Part shown: piece after piece, positions 1-9,899 of the stretch | Numbering within the stretch: position 1 is the first letter of the stretch | Layout of the letters: every line of letters starts with the position of its first letter | NCBI GenBank assembly: GCA_051942245.1 | Contig: JAVECL010000254.1 | Span: forward strand, 1 to 32,604 | Length of the DNA: 32,604 nucleotides | Direction of reading: 5' to 3' | Source: Trypethelium eluteriae | Lineage: Eukaryota | Position numbers and translations under genes: made by a program | The notes under the pieces: generated by a model | What the model was told of the DNA's origin: nothing | Database searches by the model: none | What the model saw: the letters and a program-made list of their open reading frames with translations, nothing else

Positions 1-771
1 ATGAGAGAGAGGAGGGGTTTAGGGGAGGAAAAGAAGAACGGACTGAGTGGTTTGGTTCTGAGGACGAGGGCCATTTTGTGATGGCGTCGACGGTCTGGTT
101 TCATGGTGATTTAAATTAGCGGACTGATTTATTTTGAAGGGGGTTTAGTTTTTGTAGAGAGCGGAGCTCACCCTTGAAGCTGCTCCCCACATTTCCTCCC
201 CGACTAAGCCCACCCAAGCCCGGACACCTTCGTCCATCGCAAACGCTTTGCTCGCAGCTGTATGTGCTACCCTCCCCTCAGTAGGCTCACAAAATATTCT
301 GTACGTCATCGCATGTCTCAAAAATCTCTTTACCAGCGACTCCGACAAATCAGTCTTTTGGGCGATCTCTGAGAAGGTCACCGTCGGGACATCCGTAAAA
401 GCGGAATCCGGAAGAGGTACGAAGGTGGCAAAATTGAATCGGTACAGAGCTTGAAGTGTAAGATTGATCTCATGCTGGGCACCTCAGAATACGTTGAATC
501 AGTGCCACGCCTTTGTGTTCTAGCTTGGGGCAAGGTGTACAGAGTGAGAGGTCAATTGTCCTATTGGTCCTAGCATGAGAGCATGAAGCTCATCTGTTGC
601 CTCAAGGACGGCTTGCCGCGCCCGAGAGATGTTGCTTTTCTCCAATATTTCTTGAGTGAAGTTGACGCCAAATGATGGCAAGGGTAGACTATTACACTCG
701 AGCCGAGAATCTATCTCAGCTGTGTCTTCGAGTATCTGCTGAGCTAGCTCTCGGATACGTGAGAGAGACAT
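1..771 (-). CDS. Fungal secondary-metabolism O-methyltransferase (Methyltransf_2-like), 5' part; runs off the window start
   Basis: ATG at 771. Inferred exons ~771-541, ~475-172 and ~94-44 with GT..AG introns give MSLSRIRELAQQILEDTAEIDSRL..LPLPSF..ARQAVLEATDELHALMLGP..TFSEIAQKTDLSESLVKRFLRHAMTYRIFCEPTEGRVAHTAASKA..TVDAITKWPSSSEPNHS. This is the typical N-terminal/dimerisation half of fungal OMTs; the SAM-binding motif lies outside the window. Confidence 0.8.
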
Positions 772-1090
772 CCTCAAAACTTCTCAAGTAGTAGAACTTG
801 TGATAGAGAGACAGCCAGAGAAATTATATCGAGAGGACTACACGCTAATTCCTACATCATGCTCTGGTGAGTGCAATAGATGCGAACATACGTCACTGTG
901 CTTTGGGGCGCATTAAGCAAGCTAGCTTTCAAGTTAGTTTGCATATGCCCAGTGAGCCTTGCCTTTGCTTCTCTTCTTCTCTTCTTTTCTTCATTGAGAA
1001 TGAACCATATGGTCAACCTTTTCGCCATGTCCATTGTATAGAGGTCTCTACCTTTCAATATCCTGCGCCCACGGGAAACTGCAGACTTCC

Positions 1091-1882
1091 ATGGCACCAC
1101 ATTATACTCTGCTGAACTCCATTTCGGAGAGATCTGGCGTTCGAAAAAGACCTTTTCTAGACTGTATACCTAATCAGCAACTATTCATAAGCCTACTCGC
1201 CTTCGTTTTGGTCGCTTTTATCAGCTTTTCAGTAGGAAGATCTACAGCGAAGGGCAATGGAGTCATTGTGCAATGTAAGTCCTCTTTGGCTTCCCTACTG
1301 TCATTTTGTCAGAGGATGACCGCGTCTCCAGTAAGCACAAAGCCGCAAACATTCCACTACCAAAGGATCTACGGCGAGGTCCCGTCGAACACCAGTGACG
1401 CCGCGTGGTCGACTCTCTTCCCCATTCAAGGTGGTTTCTTTAAGCACCCTTCTCTCGCCCCGCAACGTTCCGCTTTCTCCGTCTTCCATCAACTACACTG
1501 CCTTGTATCTCCCCCCTCTCCCTTCGTTCCTATCCACTTACATGCAGACTAATCCCGTCAGGACGGTATTCGCCATGGCTACTGGGCTATCTATTCTGCC
1601 GCAATCACCGGCCACCAAATTTCCGAGGAGGATATACCATTCATGTCTAGTCCTCCTCACATCCGTCACTGTATCGATCTGATCAGGCAGAGTTTGATGT
1701 GCCAGCCTGATCTGACCGTGGAGCTGAAGGAGAAGGAATTGGGCGGGGTAACGGGGTTTGGAACGGAACATCAGTGTCGCGACTGGGGGGAGTTGTTGAA
1801 CTGGCTGGAGGAGTGGGAAGGGTGGGCGCAGGATCCGAAGGATGGAGATAATGAACATGTCCATCACGATCATAATCACTAG
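1091..1882 (+). CDS. UstYa-like / DUF3328 oxidase #1
   Basis: ATG 1091; introns ~1275-1331 and 1505-1561. N-terminal TM helix (LFISLLAFVLVAFISFSVG), SDAAWSTL, FSVFHQLHCL, HIRHCIDLIRQSLMCQPDLT and GFGTEHQCRDW. Two HxxHC motifs are diagnostic of the family. Confidence 0.93.
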
Positions 1883-1922
1883 ATTAAACAGAGCCAGCAG
1901 CTTCAAATTTTGTCTGATCTTT

Positions 1923-2777
1923 TTAGTTCGCATGCATCAGTGGGTTTTGAAGCTGTAAAATTTCATCCTCTTCCACGACACGACCCGCTGCTGACGCCAT
2001 TAGCACATCCCAATTCACGCACTTGTGAACCGACTCGCTAGCGTTGAACATCGGTCGTGTCTTCTGTGGATGCCATTTGAATGTCGTAAGTGAGGTGTCG
2101 GCATGGCAGACAGAAGATTGTCGAAGCATTTCGAAGCAATGCTCGAGGTGTGATTCCCAATGCTTCTTACTCTCGACTGTCAAGCTTTCGCTCGGTCGAG
2201 CATTGTAGTGAGCCTCACGCAGCATTTTCTGCGCATCAAAGTTAGCGTCCTGTACATGGTCTAGAATGGGTACAGACAATGCAATGAAGCTCATGGAAAA
2301 CGCCCATCCAACCTAGATACCCTCCTCCTTCAGGCAGATTGACGGACTCTTGGTTTGCTCTTCGTAGCTCTTCCGTTGACACTCGCATGTGCATGGGCGC
2401 GAGCAGATTTTCCCATGCTGCCTCGTTCTCCTGAGATGGTGGACCAGTGTAAGGCGATTGCGAGAGATTGTGGAAGGTTGTGTCCGTATATCTGAAGATC
2501 AGATTGTCGAAAGCAGCTAAAGCCTGGTGAGAGTCGCTCCAAGCTTTACTTGAGGAAACATACAAGGTCTTGCACAGGATTTGATATGATATCGAACGAT
2601 GAGTACAGCGGTTATGGTATATATTCCAATGACAATGCAATGAACGGCAACATGCGTCTTGATGAATGTCCACCAAGTTTTCTGCTGGGGTTCTCTTGGT
2701 CTTCTTTGGGTCGCCTCCTCTTTTGTAATGTGTTCGGCGGGGATAAAGGGCTCGTCTTCCTGCCTTTCTGCATTCAT
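1923..2777 (-). CDS. UstYa-like / DUF3328 oxidase #2
   Basis: ATG 2777; introns ~2563-2517 and 2277-2229. TM helix (VAVHCIVIGIYTITAVLIV), YTGPPSQENEAAWENLL, GVFHELHCI, HLEHCFEMLRQSSVCHADTSL and HKCVNWD. Confidence 0.93.
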
Positions 2778-3574
2778 TGTCGGCTCACCATATGTGCAGC
2801 CAAATTCGCATTGTCCCAAGTCGATAACAGCTCGACATACATTTCCGCATCGGATACCAGTCGCTCACTCCCGTATTACCACAGATACACGAAAGGCCCG
2901 TCATTGTCATGCCGATCCGCCTTTTAGCTAAAGCCAGCGCGCTAAGCTTGACTGGCGTCCGGCTAATGCAAGTCCATAGCCAACGTTTTTTAACCGTACG
3001 CATAATTTCAACAGCGTAATTTACAGATCAATCTCTAGATTCGACGTGCATTTGCGCTTACTCGGTTTGTGTTCCTTCCCCGCTGCAACTGAAGCTATTG
3101 TACTGGCTCCGTATATTGTAATGGAAAGAGCTGAACACCGATTCTTGCTCATCCTTCCCGCTAACAAAACTGTGGAGGCTGTGCCGTCCCTTACCATGAA
3201 AGAATGCCACATGATAGGGTCTAGAAAGACGGCTGGATGACTTTGCATGAAGCTCGCAAATCCGCAACCCGCCCCTTGGTTTATCGAGCTCAATGGCGGT
3301 TGATGTGCCCGGCAGGTTACCGCGGCATGGAATTTCTGGATCACGGCAAGACGTGATGTCCGAAGGATAGGCATGCGTCTCGGTACGTAGGGCGGTCAGC
3401 TTCATGATCCTCTCGTTGAGAGTCATTGTCTCTTATCTCTGAGTAAAGGATGACGAAAGAGGGGACCTACAATATATTAGCGCTCCACCATTACATGCTC
3501 TTTCAAACTTTGTAAAGGCAAAATCAGCTTCATCAACTGCATCATCAAACAATAAATTGAACCCTACAGCAACC

Positions 3575-4179
3575 ATGCGTGCCTCTATTTTCGTCCTCTC
3601 GGCTTTTTACGCTGCAGCGTACGCTGCACCAGCACGTAAGTACCAGCACTTTTGTGCCATACGAAAGACCTGACACGGGAAACAGGTCAAATCTTCGACC
3701 GGGCTACGGCAGAAGACGCCATTGCATACCCAGATACTTACAAGCGAAATCCTAGTGAGGATGCAATTGCCTATCCTGACTCGTACAAACGTGAGGCGTC
3801 AGAGGATGCTATTGCGTACCCAGACAGCTACAAACGAAATGCTGTCGAAGATGCCATAGCATATCCTGATTCCTACAAAGAGAGACGTGAGGCAGCTGAG
3901 GACGCCATTGCGTACCCTGACTCCTACAAAGAGAGGCGAGAGGCAGCTGAAGATGCCATTGCCTACCCAGACTCGTACAAGCGAAGCTCTGAAGAAAAGC
4001 GCGAAGCGGCGGAGGATGCCATCGCTTATCCAGATTCGTATAAGAGGGCAGCATCAGAGAACGCGATAGCGTATCCAGACTCGTACAAACGCACCGCCGC
4101 TGAGGATGCAATTGCTTACCCTGATTCGTACAAGCGTTCTTCATCCGAGGATGCCATCGCGTATCCAGACTCGTACTGA
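3575..4179 (+). CDS. Fungal RiPP precursor (Kex2-processed repeat protein), ~184 aa, signal peptide plus 10 core repeats
   Basis: Exon 1 (3575-3635) encodes signal peptide MRASIFVLSAFYAAAYAAPA. A 50-nt intron at 3636-3685 (GTAAGT..CTGAC..CAG) joins in frame to 10 xxxE(D/N)AIAYPD(S/T)Y units separated by KR/KERR. The last unit ends at the stop codon. Confidence 0.93.
3703..4176 (+). repeat. Coding tandem repeat, ~45-51-nt period (one longer spacer), 10 copies
   Basis: GA(A/G)(G/A)AYGCNATHGCNTAYCCNGAY..TAY is repeated, with variation mostly at third codon positions. Confidence 0.95.
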
Positions 4180-4714
4180 GAGAAAACTCAAAGGGTGATG
4201 CCAGGCTTTGTTGAAACAGGCAATAGATGCCGAGGTCGCCGGGATTCATGATCTGCGGAGCGTAAATTGAGATAGCAGAACGGAATTCCAGAATTAGCAC
4301 ATAGACCAGTTGAAAGATGACGTATACACTACAGCTCAAATGGCAGTACAATTCTCACAAACGCCTAAAATAGCCGTTGCCAAGTCTAGAATCGCATGCA
4401 TCTTAGCTCGTAAAGACTAAGCTCTTCTCGCTGCCTATAGGCTGCGTTTAGCAATTCCTACGCTCGAGCTGAACGTACCTGACGCCGATCGTTGTTGTCT
4501 GGGTCCATTCGATCTGAAACATTAGATACCCGTAGCATATGAGCGCAATGACTGTGTTGGTGCAAGTAACCGTAACTGGAAAACGTCAGAGCCAATGGAA
4601 TCAATGGATGAATTCAGCCTCTATCACGGACACGGTCACGATCCAGCTCCAAAGTTGTTCTATACTTCTGTGTTCTCCCCTCTTGTTGTCAGTCTCAAGA
4701 GGTCCAACTGAATA

Positions 4715-6594
4715 ATGGACGTTATACTGCCCTTTGAGCGCTCGTCTCTGATTCAAGCTGGCGTCTATTCCGCCTTTGTCCTTATTCTCTCATGTAGTCT
4801 TGGTGCATCAACTTTGCGAAAGCGCTTTGGCCTTGCTATTCGTAGTAGCGGCAAAAAATCATGCAAAGCTATCTCAGACAGCGATGTTGATGGTCAAGGA
4901 GTCAATCCCAGAAATGGAGTCAAGAAGCTTGCTCCAGTGGCGGATAGTGTCTAGTATGATACTCTGCAACCAATCGCAGTTGAATGCAAACTTACAGTTT
5001 GATGAAGTGCCTGGATTTCTCAGTGTTCGGCAAAATGTCCAATTCAGCCCGTTGCGAATCTCGGCGAAGGCCTTGGGTATGTGTCCTCAGCATAACTGGG
5101 CATGACGGAACTGATGTAGCATAGACAGGAGATGCCGCCGGACTTCTTGGTGGATGCTCACAAAGAGGCTCTCAACGTCATCCAAGCACATCAGTACGCA
5201 CCTGTGAATGTGAGTCTCTTCCATACTTTTGACGAAGGTGGAGCTGAATTTGGAGTAGGGCCTTCCGGAGTTCACTGAAGCCCTTTCAGCAACATACTCG
5301 CCTTTATATGGAAAACGTCTCGAGCCAAGTCAAGAGATCTCGGTCCATTCTGGGGGAACGGAGGCTATTCTGAGTATGGTCACTGCTTTCGTAGAGCCTG
5401 GTGATGAAGTGCTTGTCTTTGAGCCGGCATTCGATCTGTTAGAAACCTTCTTGACTACTTTAGTGGCAGAGGCTAATACTGTGATAGCTATGAGCTACAC
5501 GTCAACTTCGTGGGCGGCAAAGTCAAATATATTCCTTTGCATCCTCCATCAAATGCGAGTACCGAGGCTCACTCCGCCAACGACTGGACATTTGACGTCG
5601 GAGAACTTGAGCGCGCAATTTCTCCCCGGACAAAGATGCTGGTAAGCCGACAAAGACACACACGAAAACACGTGATACCCTGACCGCCCGCTCCAGATTC
5701 TAAACACCCCACACAATCCCCTCGGCAAAATCTTCTCCACCAGCGAACTCCAAACTATCGGCTCCTTCTGCATTCAACACAAAATCCTCATCCTCAGCGA
5801 TGAAGTCTACGAGCGCCTCTACTTTACCCCCAATTCCCCCTTTCCCCGCATCGCCACCCTCTCTCCGGCCTTCTTCCGCAATACGATCACCATTGGCTCG
5901 GTCGGCAAGTCCTTCGAAGCAACGGGCTGGCGCGTAGGATATGCCATTGGACATGCGGACTTGATTCGATATATGCAGGCCGCACATGTAGTGCTGGCGT
6001 TCACGACTGCGGGGCCGGCGCAGCTTGCGGCGGCAAGAGGGTTGAAGATGGCGGAGGGGAACGGGTTTTGGGAAGAGAGGAGATGGGGGATGAAAGCAAA
6101 GTTAGAGAGCTTGTGTGAGGTTTTCAGAGAGTTGGAGTTGCCGGTATGCTATGATTTTTTGCTTTTTTTCGCTAGCTCCTTCCCCGTGACTTCTGTGTTG
6201 AACGTGGAAGCTGAAAGCGCTCACTGTTGTTATAGTATGTTCAGCCTGCCGGGGCGCACTATGTGATGCTCAACGCTGGCAAACTTCGCATCCCGGCAGA
6301 CTATGTCTTCCCTGAGAAGGTAAATGGTAAGTCCCGAGATTGGAAATTGTGTTGGTTTGTATTGCAAGAGGCTGGTGTTGCGACCATTCCTGTCAGCGGT
6401 GAGTTGCGACTTTTTGTTTCCGAACTCCATAATCATCTACTGCCTGAGTACAAAGCCTAACGCTACTTATAGCATCTTTCAGCAAGCCAGATACCCATGT
6501 TGGAGATGAGTATTTGAGGTTCGTTGCTTGCAAGTCACCGGCTGAGATCGATTTGGCGAAGAACAGACTGAGAAGCCTTAAAAAATATCTATGA
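4715..6594 (+). CDS. PLP-dependent class I/II aminotransferase (kynurenine aminotransferase/Bna3-like), multi-exon
   Basis: Spliced translation contains PVANLGEGLG..PPDF, HQYAP..GLPEF, VEPGDEVLVFEPAFD, ILNTPHNPLGKIF, ILSDEVYERL, the PLP-Lys motif SVGKSFEATGWRVGY, and YLRFVACK..RLRSLKKYL*. Stop TGA at 6592-6594; about seven introns. The start at 4715 is inferred via intron 4954-5007. Confidence 0.88.
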
Positions 6595-7008
6595 AAGTTG
6601 CGGCCAGCAATTGTCCGTATAGCGTAGATTGTTCTTTCGCGTATTTAAGGTTTGTAGGAAATATAGTATAGAGCGAAGCCAAAGACAATTCCAGTAAGGA
6701 GATGACGGTTAATCTTTTCTGGACGTTGTACTTTCCTAGGCGCTGAGGCTGCCTCGTCCTATCCGAATTAAGTGCGGCTGATGCTAAGCCTCCTTCGCAG
6801 CTAAGAAGGTGCATTAGGTGGGATTGTAGATCGATACACCGGAGTTCCAGACTCTTCATGTGGTTCGTCATCATGGCCTGCCCCGCCGTCCTCAACGCGG
6901 CTTTCCAACGGCTCTTTAGTCTCATCTTCACGCGTTGTTTTCTAACTTATAGCATACATCTCTCCCCTAATCTACTACGGTCACGACTTCCAAAAGATCT
7001 TTTTTTCA

Positions 7009-8553
7009 ATGGATGCGATAGCTGAGCTGGCCACGTTCGATCTTGCATCATGGACACTTGCTGCAATCGCAATCTGGTATATGTTCTTCTACTTCAAAGC
7101 CTTGCTTCGATATCGCCAAGCCTCAAAATATCATGGCTGCCAACAACCCCCAAGTATCACACAACGCGACCCTATCTTCGGTTTTGATCTCATGCTCCGC
7201 CTTCATCGCGCACTCAAGCGCAACCATCGCAACAAATCTATCGTCCAACTCTTCTCTTCACATGGTCTAACATTCTGCGCTCCCTCGTCAACCTCAACAA
7301 AATTCTACACCATCGAGCCGAAGAATCTCCAAACTATCTTTTCCACCGACGCATGTAGCTGGGGCGTCGAACCCATGCGACGTTTTGCGTTCGAGCCGTT
7401 TGTCGGAAAGGGCATCATGTGCGTGGATGGGGAAGACTGGGAGCATTCAAGAATGTTGATCAAGCCAACCTTCGCCAGGGCGCAGATTACGGATCAGCAT
7501 CTTGAGGATTTCGAGAGGCACGTGGACAGATTGATTGATCTCATACCCAAAGACGGGTCAACCGTCGACCTGCAACCGCTTTTCAGTCGGCTGGCTCTAG
7601 ATGCTTCGACTGAGTTCCTTTTCGGTGAGCCTTTGGGTGCACTCAAGAAAAGTGGATTTTCGAATGAGTCCAGTGAATTTTTGCAGGCGTACAATTATGG
7701 GCAGTATGTCCTTGGTAAAAGACTTCATCTCCCGAAATGGAACTTCTTGACTGTTGATAAGAAGTTTCAACGATCCTGTCGTGTCGCACATGCCTTTGTT
7801 GATGAGTGTATCGCTCGAGCGCAGTGTGCTCTAAGGGGATCTCAAGGCCATGACAAAGCTCGAGAGAGATATGTTCTGGCGCGAGACTTGGTTAGCGAGA
7901 CCATTGATATGGAAGACGCTCGAAACCAGCTGTTGAATATCTTCCTTCCGGCCCATGAGGCTGTTGGTGTTGCCCTTACGAATACTTTCTTCAATTTAGC
8001 GCGAAACCCAAGAGTATTCTCCAAGCTCCGCCGAGAGGTACTTAAAGCCGGAGCTCAAGGCAAGCCTTGGACGTTTGAGCGTCTTAAAGGTATCAAGTAC
8101 CTGCAGTATACTATCAACGAGAGCTTTCGTCTCAATCCCTCCATCGGCACTAATACACGCATGGCACTCAAGGACACCATTTTGCCTACCGGCGGCGGTC
8201 TCCGCGGCACTTCACCTATGTATGTGAGACAAGGCGACGTCACTACCACCAGTTTTTATGCCTTGCACAGACGCAAAGACATCTTCGGTGAAGATGCGGA
8301 TATCTTCAAGCCGGAGAGGTGGGAAGGTTTACGGCCTCCGCCTTGGAGTTTCCTGCCATTTGGTGGCGGTCCACGGGTGTGTCCTGGGCAGAATCTTGCA
8401 CTGACAGAGATAAGTTATGCCCTTGTGAGAATCGTGGAGGCTTTCGAGAGGATTGAAAATAGGGACCCTGTTATGGAATTTGTTGAGGTGTACAAGATTA
8501 CAACTGATAGCGGGAACGGAGCGAAGGTTGCTCTATTTGCGGAGCGCAGATAA
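7009..8553 (+). CDS. Cytochrome P450 (CYP52-clan-like), intronless
   Basis: 514 aa with an N-terminal membrane anchor, EPKNLQTI, GIMCVDGEDWEHSRMLIKPTF, ExxR (ESFR), FKPERW and heme motif FLPFGGGPRVCPGQ. Confidence 0.95.
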   Translation: MDAIAELATFDLASWTLAAIAIWYMFFYFKALLRYRQASKYHGCQQPPSITQRDPIFGFDLMLRLHRALKRNHRNKSIVQLFSSHGLTFCAPSSTSTKFYTIEPKNLQTIFSTDACSWGVEPMRRFAFEPFVGKGIMCVDGEDWEHSRMLIKPTFARAQITDQHLEDFERHVDRLIDLIPKDGSTVDLQPLFSRLALDASTEFLFGEPLGALKKSGFSNESSEFLQAYNYGQYVLGKRLHLPKWNFLTVDKKFQRSCRVAHAFVDECIARAQCALRGSQGHDKARERYVLARDLVSETIDMEDARNQLLNIFLPAHEAVGVALTNTFFNLARNPRVFSKLRREVLKAGAQGKPWTFERLKGIKYLQYTINESFRLNPSIGTNTRMALKDTILPTGGGLRGTSPMYVRQGDVTTTSFYALHRRKDIFGEDADIFKPERWEGLRPPPWSFLPFGGGPRVCPGQNLALTEISYALVRIVEAFERIENRDPVMEFVEVYKITTDSGNGAKVALFAERR

Positions 8554-9899
8554 GAAAGCTACGTCCTGAATATGAGAGCGTGGCAACCTAAAAGCCATCT
8601 CGGAAATCAGGATACGGCCTTCGATAAATGGAGATGGTTGAGACAGCGACTTCTAGCGCGTCGAAGGAATGGTGGCTCCCAGTGCTTTGAGTCTTAAGGA
8701 CAAGCCCTTTGCTGCCATGCCTCTGTCGGATTCCCAGGAACGGTTCTGGATCATCTCAGGCCCGTCAGACTGGAGCACCGCGTCATTACCACATACGGCG
8801 GACCAACCGTACAATGAGACACATGGAATCGAAAAGCTCAAGATTCAATTCTGCGGCTGGTTGGCCTGCATTGTGCGTAGACAGCGGATCGGTTAAGGCA
8901 CTTTCAGGACATTGCTGTGCAGAAGTTCCAAGATCGCAAGCGAAGATCTTCACAAACGACCACGTGCGAGTCTAACTCGATCTACATACCACTAATTACT
9001 ACCTCACTAATAGGGCTATATTGGAACGGCAAACCATCCTATCCTTTGTCGTAAATTATGCCCTTTTCACTTCCGGCTTCTTTCGTGCCTCTCTTCACCA
9101 TCTTCATCTGCGTCCTAATTAGTCTCATCCGCTCTACGCTACTCTACTCTCATCTGCGATAACTCTACTCCGCATTTCCCGGAAAGAACGTGTAGTTTAG
9201 TGGATAGGTTTGGATACATGCGTGAGCATTGGTAGAGACCCATTTACTTGAAATGAAACGTACGATTGGTTAAATTCAATTGAATTTAAGTACACGGGGC
9301 AGCATTGTACTATGATGAGGAGGCGACTGCTTACTTACCAGCTTCTTTGGTGTGGGCCTTGGTGAAAACACTGGTTTTGGCATCGAGATAGCTTACGGCA
9401 TTGCTCGATACGGCACCTTAGCCACTACAAGTTCTACGATAGCTAAACAAAGAAAGAAGAGACCTTATATACCTCTGAAGCACACTGGGTCCGGAACACA
9501 AGAAGAGGTGGCATTATGCCAGTCACGCAAATTGACGATTAAGAGCCCGTCAGGTAGTGATTCTTTAGCATCTTGACAAAAACGTCGATATTCAGGGCTG
9601 CAAAATAACTCAATGACCTCGGGGTAAGTCCAACTGGAACTAATCGCCAGGTACATGGTAATACCAAAGCACCTTCTAAGAAGGATGGTCCAAAGCTTCT
9701 GTGTCTTGGCTCAGAAAAACTGCCGGTAAATTGGAGCGCCCGCCCTCCGATTCTTTATGTGGTTACACCTTTAGGATACCGGCCCCATTATCATTAGTAA
9801 AAAAATTACTGGCCCACCCAAGTCGCTAAATGCAAGATGAAAAGACCATGTTCCCCTCGGAGGAAGATAGAGGCCCACGTTACCAGTAATTAGTGTAGA

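Noticed and set aside
3652..3687. ORF-track N-terminus MCHTKDLTRETG of the precursor
   Set aside because: It lies in the predicted intron 3636-3685; the upstream exon supplies a proper ATG and signal peptide.
3703..4176. CRISPR-like repeat-spacer array
   Set aside because: Eukaryotic intron-containing context, codon-position variation in a coding frame, and no cas genes.
3575..4179. Alpha-factor-like mating pheromone precursor
   Set aside because: It shares the signal peptide + KR-repeat layout and some X-A dipeptides, but lacks the W/C..GQPC-type pheromone signature and sits beside two UstYa genes.
8975..9830. Possible degenerate transposon relics right of the P450
   Set aside because: Compositionally odd (CTCTAC micro-repeats), but I could not define TIRs, a target-site duplication or a transposase remnant.
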